NCBI GenBank assembly: GCA_047947115.1
Contig: CP170459.1
Span: 4,288,001 to 4,352,000 of the forward strand
Reading direction: 5' to 3'
DNA: 64,000 bases
Origin: Verrucomicrobiota bacterium
GTDB taxonomy: Bacteria > Verrucomicrobiota > Verrucomicrobiia > Limisphaerales > AAA164-E04
The position numbers were made by a program, and so were the translations under genes. This document shows, in pieces, positions 20,401 to 28,635 of the stretch (positions are counted from its first letter, which is position 1; each line of letters starts with the position of its first letter). The notes below the pieces were generated by a model. It was not told the origin of the DNA. It did no database searches and saw only the letters and a list, made by a program, of their open reading frames with translations.

Positions 20401-22088
20401 GGTGATTTGGACGAAAGCAGTTGGCACAGGTTGCGGTAACCGGTTTCGTTCTGCGCATATAGCAGCAAGGGCTCGCCATCCACACCGATCTCCGCCCCGA
20501 TGACCGGTTGAATCCCCTGTTCTTTGGCGCATTGATAAAACGGCACCGCGCCATGCAGGTTCCCCTGGTCCACCATGGCCACGGCGGGTTGCTGTTGCTC
20601 GCAGGCCAAGCGCACGACATCCTCTACCGACAAGGCCGAGTTCAGAAAGGAGTAATAACTTTTGACGTTCAACGCCACCGGCGTCACCACACGACGACGC
20701 ACCGGGGTTGACCGGGAAACCGGTGCCCGATCACCGCGTCCAGCATCCACCGCATCCCCATAGCGGGATGCGCGCTCGGTCATGACTTGTCCCGTAGCCG
20801 GGGAGGGTGGATACACTCGTATCTGCCGTCCTGTGACGCCATCCGTTCGTTCGCGAGAAGGTTTTTCCGATTCTTCGCGTCCGGGGTTTTGTTCGTGTTG
20901 TTTGACCGCGTCCCGCAAAATGAAATCATGCCCACGCAGAATCGCACCGGGACCGCACCGACGCTTCAGATCATCCACGATCCGCGCCAGGCGACGGCGT
21001 GATTCACGTTGTTCGGAAGCACGGTCGAGGGTCAGTTCGCTGCGATAAAAACTGTCGTAAATATTGGACAACTTGAGCGACACCAAACGCAGACTCACCC
21101 GCCGCCGCCAGGCCTTGCGCAACAGGATGCCCAAGCGACCGTAGATATCGGTCTCCAGATCGGTGGGTTCCTCCAGACTTTCCCCGCATTGATCCTCCAT
21201 CATGTCGTTGTAACGCACCTTGACGGTCAGGGTGCGGACGCATTTGCCATCCGCACGCACCTTGGCCATGAGTGTGTCGGCCATGCGCCGCAAGGTGGCC
21301 TCAATGCGATCCTCATCGGTCTGATCTTCTCCGAACGTTTCCTGTTTCCCATACGACTTGGCCGGTGCGGATACCGCCACGATGGGGCGATCATCCACCC
21401 CGTCGGCATACTCCCGGATGCGCGGCGCAATGTTCCCCAGAATCAAATGCAACAGATCCGTCGAAGTCGCCGAAATCTGCCCGATCCGGGCCAACCCGGC
21501 GGCATTCAAACGCGACGCCGTCTTGGCTCCGATCCCCGGCAACCAATGGTTGGGCAGCGGATGCAGAAACGGAATTTCATACCCCTTCTCGATCTCCTGA
21601 AATGCGGCGGGTTTGTGCAGTTTGGACGCGATCTGGCTGATCAGTTTGTTCGTGCCGATTCCTTCGCTGACCGTAATTTTCAGCGATTGACCAATGGCTT
21701 TGCGAATGATCTGGGCGATTTCGGACGCCGGTTTGCGCACGCCGGAAAGGTCGAAGTAACCTTCATCGATCGAAGTGATCTCCACATCCGGCGTAAAATC
21801 ATAGGCATACGAAAACATCCAGCGGGAGAAGCGTTCGTATTTCTCGTAATCCCCCGGCAACAGAATCAGTTTCGGACACAACTTCCGCGCCTGTACCGTC
21901 GGCATCGGAGTATAAATCCCGAATTTCCGCGCCTCATACGACGCCGCGGCGATGATCCCCCTTTTCTCGCCCCCCACCGCCACCGGCTTGCCCCGCAACC
22001 GCGTATCAGACGCCTGCTCCACCGAAGCAAAAAAAGCGTCCGCATCCAAATGAACCATCGTTCGTCGCAATGGAGAAGCACCTGCCAT
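17460..22088 (-). CDS. Fused Y-family DNA polymerase (DinB-like) and DnaE2-type error-prone Pol III alpha
   Basis: aa 1-~395: HLDADAFFASVE, ASYEARKFG, SIDEGYFDL. From aa ~471: PHP domain, TRGSAADS, PDIDVDF, HPCGVV, KMDIL, GYAFCKAH, C-terminal OB fold. One uninterrupted frame. Confidence 0.93.
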   Translation of the reverse strand: MAGASPLRRTMVHLDADAFFASVEQASDTRLRGKPVAVGGEKRGIIAAASYEARKFGIYTPMPTVQARKLCPKLILLPGDYEKYERFSRWMFSYAYDFTPDVEITSIDEGYFDLSGVRKPASEIAQIIRKAIGQSLKITVSEGIGTNKLISQIASKLHKPAAFQEIEKGYEIPFLHPLPNHWLPGIGAKTASRLNAAGLARIGQISATSTDLLHLILGNIAPRIREYADGVDDRPIVAVSAPAKSYGKQETFGEDQTDEDRIEATLRRMADTLMAKVRADGKCVRTLTVKVRYNDMMEDQCGESLEEPTDLETDIYGRLGILLRKAWRRRVSLRLVSLKLSNIYDSFYRSELTLDRASEQRESRRRLARIVDDLKRRCGPGAILRGHDFILRDAVKQHEQNPGREESEKPSRERTDGVTGRQIRVYPPSPATGQVMTERASRYGDAVDAGRGDRAPVSRSTPVRRRVVTPVALNVKSYYSFLNSALSVEDVVRLACEQQQPAVAMVDQGNLHGAVPFYQCAKEQGIQPVIGAEIGVDGEPLLLYAQNETGYRNLCQLLSSKSPVEKPPPVPLQRGRKGRKKPVSDASQESTALIRRLSGHGHWTRHQLASVPTDGLIAIGKDPRLESFFENRFYRGAEHPGVLKKFADQQSPVVAVTPVHYALPKDYWKYDVVQSIRTLTLLKQRHPDKDQSGTLHYPVMHTWRDLWKEHPQVFERTREIAERCRDFQMPLGPPQFPDYRPPDGSSPRSFLRKLVMKGLAERYPASRRERVQRQVEEELAIIHDVGYEEYFLVVWNLLQDCRAAGIHWITRGSAADSLVCYCLRISDVCPIRFELYFKRFLNKDRMALHKLPDIDVDFPHDRKDDVIDLIFRKYGEKYCAVVGGFSTYKSRGAMGDVAKVLGVSEYQIRRVTERFPYAGARDMSSFIARNQECRDLPLQEEPYSTALRMAEFLDGFPRYPKMHPCGVVLSRQPMHHLTPTFKANKGYPTTHFDMDAVEEIGLVKMDILAQGGLSVMRDVGEMLQVRGIRMDLDRCQWRIMQPGEDGPPETIAAPETDPWTDPKVWAMIAGGGARAVHHIESPAMVSLCRMCNVREIDGLVAIVSVIRPGAANEQKKLRFTRRYQKMEEPVYPHPSLADCLRSTFGLVVYEEHILQISERFAGLPPGRADVLRRALNKRKAATIEEIRREFFASALKRGHGEEKIQEVWELVSGFNGYAFCKAHSTAYGVEAYQSAWMKCYFPAEFMASVLTQGKGFYHPLVYVLECDRLGIPLLPPSIQAPGPGYQVERLGDPAESRQTSQRHRLAKRGIRVPLSAIKGLTDQTVQRVVNERAKGKFVSMADFHRRVFPLADEMERLIRVGAFDAFGKTRTSQFWVSQFLNRTFSDRECPDQGWLLPPPDTERLPKTTLQEPSWQQRLEWEDEALGFPVSGHLLDLHPEVAWETYCPVKRLGHYIGQEITTCGLVIEQRLHHQVTGEPMKFLTLADWTGMVETELFASTYRSYGLATVRYPVLEVNARVEPYENGRGFSLRVLRAGRPRKRS

Positions 22089-22090
22089 AC

Positions 22091-22104
22091 TGTTCGCTTG
22101 AACA
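22091..22104. promoter_or_regulatory. LexA (SOS) box, Verrucomicrobia-type TGTTC-N4-GAACA
   Basis: TGTTC-GCTT-GAACA within the extended palindrome ATACTGTTC-GCTT-GAACAGTAT, 2 nt upstream of the ATG. Confidence 0.85.
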
Positions 22105-22129
22105 GTATCTGAACGACGAGCGGTGTCAA
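22102..22129 (-). promoter_or_regulatory. sigma70 promoter of the polymerase fusion
   Basis: Minus strand TTGACA-16 nt-TACTGT; the -10 overlaps the SOS box. Confidence 0.65.
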
Positions 22130-22130
22130 T

Positions 22131-22277
22131 TTAGGTTTTAGCTTTTAGGTTTTAGATGTTAGCTTTTAGCTTTTAGTTTTTAGCCGTTAGCCGTTAGCCG
22201 TTAGCCGTTAGCCGTTAGCCGTTAGCCGTTAGCCGTTAGTCGTTAGCCGTTAGTCGTTAGCCGTTAGTCGTTAGCTG
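22131..22277. repeat. Heptamer tandem repeat (TTAGNNN) x21
   Basis: TTAGGTT/TTAGCTT units grading into TTAGCCG/TTAGTCG, exact 7-bp phase over 147 bp. Confidence 0.95.
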
Positions 22278-23307
22278 TCTTCCCATCTTCTCCACGTGAC
22301 AGAATACGATAGATTTTGGTGCGATTGATGCCCAGGAGTTTAGCTGCTTTGGACATATTGCCGTCCGCTTTGGTTAGGGCACGCCGGGTGAGTATGAATT
22401 CGGCTTCTTCCAGATTATCAGGCAATTCCGGATCAGCCCCATGGCTTCCACTCTCAGTTTCAACTTGAGACAGACCCTGTGCTTCACTCGGCTGCTGCAG
22501 TCGCAATTGCCTGGCATCGATAATACCTGCGGGAGATTCAATGGTGGCGCGTTCCAGGATGCTTTTGAGTTCACGAACATTGCCAGGAAATGCGTAATCC
22601 ATCAGCGCTTTCCAGGCATTTTCGCTCAGGGATGGTGTGATTCGCCCCAGTTCCACAGCAAAACGATGGAGAAAATGCGCAGTCAGCAGTTCGACATCCT
22701 CACGGCGTTCCCGCAAGGGCTGTAATTCAATTTCATCTCCCACTATAAAACCACGAGCTGCGCTCCTTTCATCCCCAAAGGCATCGATTGAAACTGATAA
22801 TGGATCTGAACCAACCAAATTGCCATTGATATAAAATTTAATGTCCTCAGGTCCAGCAACCGCCGCCACATGCATCCATTCCCCAATCCGGATATAATCG
22901 CGCATCGTCATACGATTTGTTCCTTGGGAAGTTAGGATAAAAAAATTAATGTCTGCCGTTCCATTTCCTCGATGGATACTAAAACCATCTTGACCGGAAA
23001 CGTATAAGAAAATGCTATCTTGTCCTGACAGATCATCCCACCGAACCCAAGTCTCAATCGTCAATGCTGACAAGGTTTTGAACACCTCATATCCACCGTT
23101 TTCAAGTTCGATGTAAGAATCGTCTTCCGAAAATTGAAGCACATGATTTGGCAAGATTTGGTCCTGCCCAAAGAGCGCAGTCGTGTGGGTTAATCCGAGA
23201 ATGAGGAAGGACAATGTTATCCACCCCCGCAATCCAAGCTGGATTGAATGACACACCGACAGAACGTCGCGTTTTGCTTCTAAGGTTTTCATGGACATTT
23301 CAAGCAT
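22264..23307 (-). CDS. Chimeric or internally deleted protein: signal peptide, LamG-like domain, C-terminal part of a sigma54 activator and Fis-type HTH
   Basis: LTIETWVRWD...WMHVAAV...FYINGNLVG, then abruptly IELQPLRERREDVELL...FPGNVRELKSILERA...GNMSKAAKLLGINRTKIYR; no Walker A/B or GAFTGA. Confidence 0.7.
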   Translation of the reverse strand: MLEMSMKTLEAKRDVLSVCHSIQLGLRGWITLSFLILGLTHTTALFGQDQILPNHVLQFSEDDSYIELENGGYEVFKTLSALTIETWVRWDDLSGQDSIFLYVSGQDGFSIHRGNGTADINFFILTSQGTNRMTMRDYIRIGEWMHVAAVAGPEDIKFYINGNLVGSDPLSVSIDAFGDERSAARGFIVGDEIELQPLRERREDVELLTAHFLHRFAVELGRITPSLSENAWKALMDYAFPGNVRELKSILERATIESPAGIIDARQLRLQQPSEAQGLSQVETESGSHGADPELPDNLEEAEFILTRRALTKADGNMSKAAKLLGINRTKIYRILSRGEDGKTAND

Positions 23308-23318
23308 GGATTTTCATT

Positions 23319-23335
23319 AGCAACCGGAATGCCAA
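23319..23335 (-). promoter_or_regulatory. sigma54 promoter
   Basis: Minus strand TTGGCATTCCGGTTGCT (GG-N10-GC). Confidence 0.65.
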
Positions 23336-23409
23336 ATAGTCTACCCAATTATTATCCAATAATAAAGAACGACTTAACAACAAATCCGCCATGCTTCCAT
23401 GTAAAACGG

Positions 23410-23449
23410 AGATGACACAAGTGTTCATATGTGAACACTTGTGTCATCT
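23410..23449. promoter_or_regulatory. 40-bp inverted repeat, putative enhancer (UAS) or terminator
   Basis: AGATGACACAAGTGTTCA-TATG-TGAACACTTGTGTCATCT, perfect 18-bp arms. Confidence 0.6.
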
Positions 23450-23459
23450 GGATGTGATT

Positions 23460-23501
23460 TTAGCTCTTAGCTCTTAGCTTTTAGCAGTTAGCTTTTAGGT
23501 T
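23460..23501. repeat. Heptamer tandem repeat (TTAGNNN) x6
   Basis: TTAGCTC TTAGCTC TTAGCTT TTAGCAG TTAGCTT TTAGGTT. Confidence 0.85.
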
Positions 23502-24526
23502 TTGGTGCTTCCTGTGTGGTAGGCGATGATGCGGGTTTGGGGGGGGAATGTGTTTTTGCGAACCAGGTCCATGAGTCCGAACATCATTTTGCCAGTGTAA
23601 ACAGGGTCCAGGGCCACGTTTTGTGTTTGCTCGAAAGATTGACAGAAGGCGCGTAGCGTTTCATCGGATTTCGCGTAGCCTCCGAAGTGGTAGCGTGTTT
23701 CTATCGACCAACGCTGTGCACCGATGGGGTGTCCTTCCAGGAGTCGCTCGACTTCTTTTTCAAGGAAAGCACCTCCTTTCAATGATGAAAAGCCCAGTGC
23801 GGTCACATCTTTTTGAGCGCCTGAGACGATCCCGGCCAAGGTGCCGCCTGTTCCGACCGAACAACACACATAGTCGTGAGGTGTGGTAAGGCGTTCGACC
23901 ATTTCCCGGGTTCCTTTCACAGCCAATGGCCACGATCCCCCCTCGGGTAGGACAAGACAGGGAGACCATTGGGTTTCCAATTGGCGGGTGAAAGCGGGAT
24001 CATGTTTTTGCCGATAACGTTCCCGTGAAATCCCCTCAAGATGCATTCCCCAACGTTGGGCCTGGGACAGCACCGGATTGAGCGCTCTGGCTTCATCACC
24101 TCGCACCAGCCCCACTGTTTTGAAACCGAAAAGGTGTCCGGCCCCCGCTACGGCAAGCAAGTGATTGGAATAGGCACCCCCGAAAGTCACCAAGGTGGTC
24201 TTCCCCTGCTCCGCAGCGTGGATGAGAGCATGCTTTAGCTTCCACCATTTGTTGCCGGCGATCATGGGGTGCAGCAAATCATCCCGGACCAGATCAATGG
24301 TCACATCACGCTCTTTCAACTCGAAAAGATCCACGCGATGCAATCGCAACGGTTTTCCCTGTGCCGCAAAGAAATCCCGAATACAACCTGTCCGTGGGTG
24401 ATCACATACAGGGGATAGGGATTTGCTTTTTTGAACCGCAGATTTCACAGATTTACGCAGATTTTTTTTATTAGTATTGAGATAATTTGAGTCTGCTTGG
24501 CAATGAGAGCTGACAGAGTCATGCAT
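23495..24526 (-). CDS. PLP enzyme, ACC deaminase / D-cysteine desulfhydrase family
   Basis: RDDLLHP..AGNKWWKL, TFGGAYSNH, LPEGGS, VGTGGTLAG, LDPVYTGK, HTG; true start probably ~24400. Confidence 0.85.
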   Translation of the reverse strand: MHDSVSSHCQADSNYLNTNKKNLRKSVKSAVQKSKSLSPVCDHPRTGCIRDFFAAQGKPLRLHRVDLFELKERDVTIDLVRDDLLHPMIAGNKWWKLKHALIHAAEQGKTTLVTFGGAYSNHLLAVAGAGHLFGFKTVGLVRGDEARALNPVLSQAQRWGMHLEGISRERYRQKHDPAFTRQLETQWSPCLVLPEGGSWPLAVKGTREMVERLTTPHDYVCCSVGTGGTLAGIVSGAQKDVTALGFSSLKGGAFLEKEVERLLEGHPIGAQRWSIETRYHFGGYAKSDETLRAFCQSFEQTQNVALDPVYTGKMMFGLMDLVRKNTFPPQTRIIAYHTGSTKT

Positions 24527-24625
24527 TGAACGTCATCTTAACACCCCACATACCGGTGATAATCTGGTAAATCTCGAAGATCCCACGAATGCGGTGGTGC
24601 GGATAAAAACCATACAACCAACGGT

Positions 24626-25558
24626 TCAGGATCGAGCAATCATTTGCCCTGCCATCAGTAAAGCCCCTACCGGCACGACATCTTCCCGCAATACAGCCTG
24701 CTTGATTTGAGGAGCTGGGAGAAACACTTTCATCATCCAATGGGGCAATTGATCAGCGACGCCTTGGATCAAGCGATCACCCATCAGGGAGAGTCCCCCT
24801 CCCAGAATGATCGCCTCCGGATGCATCAGGTGAACCACATGAGAAAGTGCAAACGCGAGGCTGCGCGTAGTTTCTTCAAAAATCTTTTCAGCCACTTCAC
24901 ATCCACCATCCAGAGCCTGATTCAAACAGGTCGCTTCGCCTCTGTTCCGATCACCAACCACTCTGGCGAGCAAGCTGTCAGGCCTATTCGTAATGGCTTC
25001 CCGAATGCGCCGATCCACCGCCCATCCGGAGCAAACCTCCTCCACGATCCGGCCGGACATATCCAGCCTGAGATGCCCTATCTCACTCTCTCCGGGGTGA
25101 GCTCCATGATAGATACCATTGTCCACAACCGCTCCACCACCCACCCCACTTCCAAGGGTGACGTAAAAGACCGGGTTAAAACCAATCCCAGCCCCTTTCA
25201 ATGCTTCCCCAAGGGCGGCGACGTTGGCGTCATTATCCACCACTGCCGGCAGCCCACTCAGATCCTGCAACCAGTTCTTCAATGAAAAATCAGCCCATCC
25301 TTCGATCTGATGGGAACAGGCCACCTTGCCGGTTGTTCGATCCAGCGGTCCGCCAAAACCAACCCCGATCCCCTGCACGGCGGCATGCTGATTCATCAAG
25401 CACCGGACCCCCTCCTCAACTTGCTGTCGGATACCGGCAGCACCCTGGTGGGGGTCCACCTCAAAACGTTTTCGGTCCAAAATTTCGCCATCTGACTGAC
25501 CACAGACGAGCTGCAACTTGGTTCCACCTATCTCGACACCTATGAAGTGAGCATTCAT
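24626..25558 (-). CDS. ROK-family sugar kinase (glucokinase-like)
   Basis: GVEIGGTK, DNDANVAALGE, TLGSGVGGG, EIGH. Confidence 0.88.
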   Translation of the reverse strand: MNAHFIGVEIGGTKLQLVCGQSDGEILDRKRFEVDPHQGAAGIRQQVEEGVRCLMNQHAAVQGIGVGFGGPLDRTTGKVACSHQIEGWADFSLKNWLQDLSGLPAVVDNDANVAALGEALKGAGIGFNPVFYVTLGSGVGGGAVVDNGIYHGAHPGESEIGHLRLDMSGRIVEEVCSGWAVDRRIREAITNRPDSLLARVVGDRNRGEATCLNQALDGGCEVAEKIFEETTRSLAFALSHVVHLMHPEAIILGGGLSLMGDRLIQGVADQLPHWMMKVFLPAPQIKQAVLREDVVPVGALLMAGQMIARS

Positions 25559-25641
25559 TGTATGTTTTTCAAAAGGGATATGTAACGGGGTGAGTCATAC
25601 GCCAATATAACCGCAATTGAGCAGAATCCCACCCGGAAATA

Positions 25642-26739
25642 TCAACGAATGTACTGAAACTCGATCTTGGACGGATCACTTTCCCCAAGCTGCATCAAGC
25701 CGGCATTACGATAGAGCCGGAAAGCGGACTCATGGATATCCAATCCCGCTTTATGCCGTTGACGATTGATTTCCATCAGGGACAGCACATCCAGCGCGAC
25801 GGGATCTTGACTGATGCGCAGTTCGTTCAACACCACTGAATATTGAAGAAACCCACGTTCTTCCCCCTGATATTGGCAGATCAGAGCATCCACGAGATTA
25901 AAGGCTATTTTATCGTAAAGCTCAGGCATGCTGCAGATTTCAGCCATGGATTCATGATATCGGCTCTCATCCACGGTGAACCGCAAATGATTATCCACCC
26001 CGGAAGTTGCCAGACCAACAACGTGCCCGTTCACACCGGCGAGGTAGTGATTGAGCATCGGATGGATCTGAATGATACGGGTCAGCTTCTGAGTCAACAA
26101 TTTCGAGACGTACGATTTACGCCCGATCCCCTCTCCGCTTGCCCCAAACTCATGATCGCCATAGACAAGATTACCCACCAAAGCCGCTTCATAGTAGGCG
26201 GATGGATCGTATCCATAGTCCGAACTTCCCTCGTAACCCACTCCCAACTTTTTGGCCAACTGATCGTATCCGGTTGCAACCAGCAAACCTTTGCGGCGGT
26301 CCCAGATAATGATCTGATCCTTCGGAAATCCGGTTCCCAGCAGACTTCGCACGACGGCCTCCACCACGGCGGGTCGTGTTCCGCTGACGCTGCCGGGATC
26401 GGAAAGCACCTTGATACCAACAACGTCCTTCGGTTTGACAAACATTTCCCAAGCCTCGACAACATCCTCTTTCAAGGCGTAGGCTTTCAACAAATCATCG
26501 AACATCCTGCGCACGACATCTGTTTTGGCCTGAAACCGGGCCACCGCCTGCTCATCCCGCACGGCCAGGACACGGGACTTTTTTTGAAGGTGCACGGGCG
26601 ATGAAGCTTCGGAGGCGCTCGATTTGATCGGTGCATGGGTCGTCAACACCAGCATCAACATCCAAAACATCAAAGCACAGCGATCCTTGGAAAACGTTGA
26701 GTTTCCTGCCCGGATGTCACTGTTTACACGTTCCGTCAT
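25642..26739 (-). CDS. DUF362-domain protein
   Basis: FVKPKDVVGIKV, RPAVVEAVV, IIIWDR, SQDPVALD. Confidence 0.65.
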   Translation of the reverse strand: MTERVNSDIRAGNSTFSKDRCALMFWMLMLVLTTHAPIKSSASEASSPVHLQKKSRVLAVRDEQAVARFQAKTDVVRRMFDDLLKAYALKEDVVEAWEMFVKPKDVVGIKVLSDPGSVSGTRPAVVEAVVRSLLGTGFPKDQIIIWDRRKGLLVATGYDQLAKKLGVGYEGSSDYGYDPSAYYEAALVGNLVYGDHEFGASGEGIGRKSYVSKLLTQKLTRIIQIHPMLNHYLAGVNGHVVGLATSGVDNHLRFTVDESRYHESMAEICSMPELYDKIAFNLVDALICQYQGEERGFLQYSVVLNELRISQDPVALDVLSLMEINRQRHKAGLDIHESAFRLYRNAGLMQLGESDPSKIEFQYIR

Positions 26740-26799
26740 TGCTTTTGAATTCTGTTTAGTGATAGTCTGAATCCTTTAAAGGGTCAACATTCGTCAGAG

Positions 26800-28629
26800 A
26801 TGAATCCAAATCCAACAGTCATTCAATTTGTCAATCCATTCCGATCCACCGGTCCACGGTGGATGAACGGCATTCTGTTCACCCTGATGGCGGTCTTGAT
26901 GCTGAGCGGTTGCACCCCTCCCTGGGCCGACGCCATGTTTGAAGGAAAGACGCAACTGGAGAAAGGTGAATTCAAGGACGCCATCAGTTCGTTCAAACAG
27001 GCCACCCGATTACAGCCTGAACTGGCCCGTGCCTGGAACTACCTTGGATTGGCCTACCATCAGGACAGGCAATTTGCAGAGGCAACAGCCGCCTATAACA
27101 AAGCCTACAACACTGACAACAATCTTGCGGAAGCTGTTTACAATATGGGATACCTTCGCCTTGAAACAGGCGTTTATGAGGACGCCATCCATTGGTTCAA
27201 AATTTACCAGATGCTGCGCCCCCAGTCCACTGCAGCCCTACCCTACCTGGCATTGGCGCACATTTCTCTCAACGAACTCGATGAAGCTCAGAAGCTTTAT
27301 GACTTGATTCTCAGGCAAGAGCCAAACGATCCCAAAGCTTATAATGGTATGGGATTGATCCAGCAACGGAAGGGCAATCCCAGAGAATCATACAACTACT
27401 TCCATACCGCCCTGGAACGTGATCCGGAATATACCCCCGCCATGTGGAACCAGGGCATCATCGCTTATCCGGCATTGCAACGCCCGGATCTGGCTGTCAA
27501 CAAGATGCGCCGTTTCACATACAAGGCGCCTCAATCCCCTCTTGCCCCAATCGCAAAAAGCATTGCGGAAGATATCGAAGCCCGTCTGTTCAAGAAACCG
27601 GAACCGATCGTCGAAGCTCCGCCTGCGGAACAACCCAAAGAACTGGGTGGAAAGACCACCGAGGAGATAGTTGCTCACAAAGTGGAAGAAACAACGCCCG
27701 CAGAGGAACCAACTCCTGCAAAAAAGGATGAAGAACCCACAACGCTGAAAACCGTTTCGGATCAGGAACCTGCGGAAGCATTGCCAAACAATGATATTCA
27801 ACCCGTCGCTCCTGAAATCGAGAAACCTCAAATCACCCAAAGGGAAGTGGAAAACCCAAAGCAGCCGGAAGTCAGGAAAACCACACCGGTGAAACCGCAA
27901 GAAAAGATTGAGACACCGACCGGCGAGCGCCCCACATCACAAACAAATGTGGTCATCAAAACGGCCATTCCTAAAAAGGAGGAATCCAAACCAACCATCA
28001 TCGTGGATATCCCCCGGACTGCCAACGACGATTCTCGTGCCGTCGTGGAAATGGAACGTCCCGTCATCGTTCCACCTTCGGAACCCGGCGTCACCCCCTT
28101 GCCTCAGGGAAGATCTTTCAAACCCTATCGGTATCTGCTGCCTGGAGCACCACTTGCCGGCAATCGTCAGGTGGCAGCCCCCTTGTTCGATCGGGCGAAC
28201 AGGGCACTCGAACGCTCGGATTACAATGAGGCAGTCACTCAATACGAACGCGCCATCTCAGCCGACCCTTCTTTCTTCGAAGCCTATTTCAACCTCGGCC
28301 TGGCCGCTCTGAGCGGAGGGAACGCTGAGAAGGCACTGCCCTCTTACGAATACGCTCTCGCCATCGACCCCCAGCATCGTGATTCCCGATACAACCTGGC
28401 CCTCGGTCTCATCCAGAAGGATCACTTGCGCGATGCCGCACGCGAATTGGAAACATTGCTGAAGGCCAATCCTGAGGACAAACCGGTAATCATGCGCCTG
28501 GGAGAACTTTACTCAGGACCGCTTCAGCGGCCGGTTCGCACACGAGAAGTCTATCAGCAATTGCTTAAAGCGGCGCCGACTCCGGATGAAGTGTCCACAG
28601 CCCGAAGCTGGCTGCACTCGAATCCCTGA
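26800..28629 (+). CDS. TPR-repeat lipoprotein with central Pro/Glu-rich linker
   Basis: Lipobox LSGC; TPR blocks at both ends (AWNYLGLAY, AYFNLGLA). Confidence 0.85.
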   Translation: MNPNPTVIQFVNPFRSTGPRWMNGILFTLMAVLMLSGCTPPWADAMFEGKTQLEKGEFKDAISSFKQATRLQPELARAWNYLGLAYHQDRQFAEATAAYNKAYNTDNNLAEAVYNMGYLRLETGVYEDAIHWFKIYQMLRPQSTAALPYLALAHISLNELDEAQKLYDLILRQEPNDPKAYNGMGLIQQRKGNPRESYNYFHTALERDPEYTPAMWNQGIIAYPALQRPDLAVNKMRRFTYKAPQSPLAPIAKSIAEDIEARLFKKPEPIVEAPPAEQPKELGGKTTEEIVAHKVEETTPAEEPTPAKKDEEPTTLKTVSDQEPAEALPNNDIQPVAPEIEKPQITQREVENPKQPEVRKTTPVKPQEKIETPTGERPTSQTNVVIKTAIPKKEESKPTIIVDIPRTANDDSRAVVEMERPVIVPPSEPGVTPLPQGRSFKPYRYLLPGAPLAGNRQVAAPLFDRANRALERSDYNEAVTQYERAISADPSFFEAYFNLGLAALSGGNAEKALPSYEYALAIDPQHRDSRYNLALGLIQKDHLRDAARELETLLKANPEDKPVIMRLGELYSGPLQRPVRTREVYQQLLKAAPTPDEVSTARSWLHSNP

Positions 28630-28635
28630 CCCATC

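Noticed and set aside
20680..20900. Intein or frameshift between the DinB and DnaE modules
   Set aside because: No intein terminal motifs (C/S...HN) and the frame is continuous; it reads as a low-complexity linker
18252..22112. Long + strand ORFs (389, 287, 367 aa)
   Set aside because: Antisense shadows of the GC-rich polymerase fusion; no recognisable motifs
23422..23437. Second LexA box inside the 40-bp palindrome
   Set aside because: TGTTC and GAACA are separated by 6 nt rather than 4
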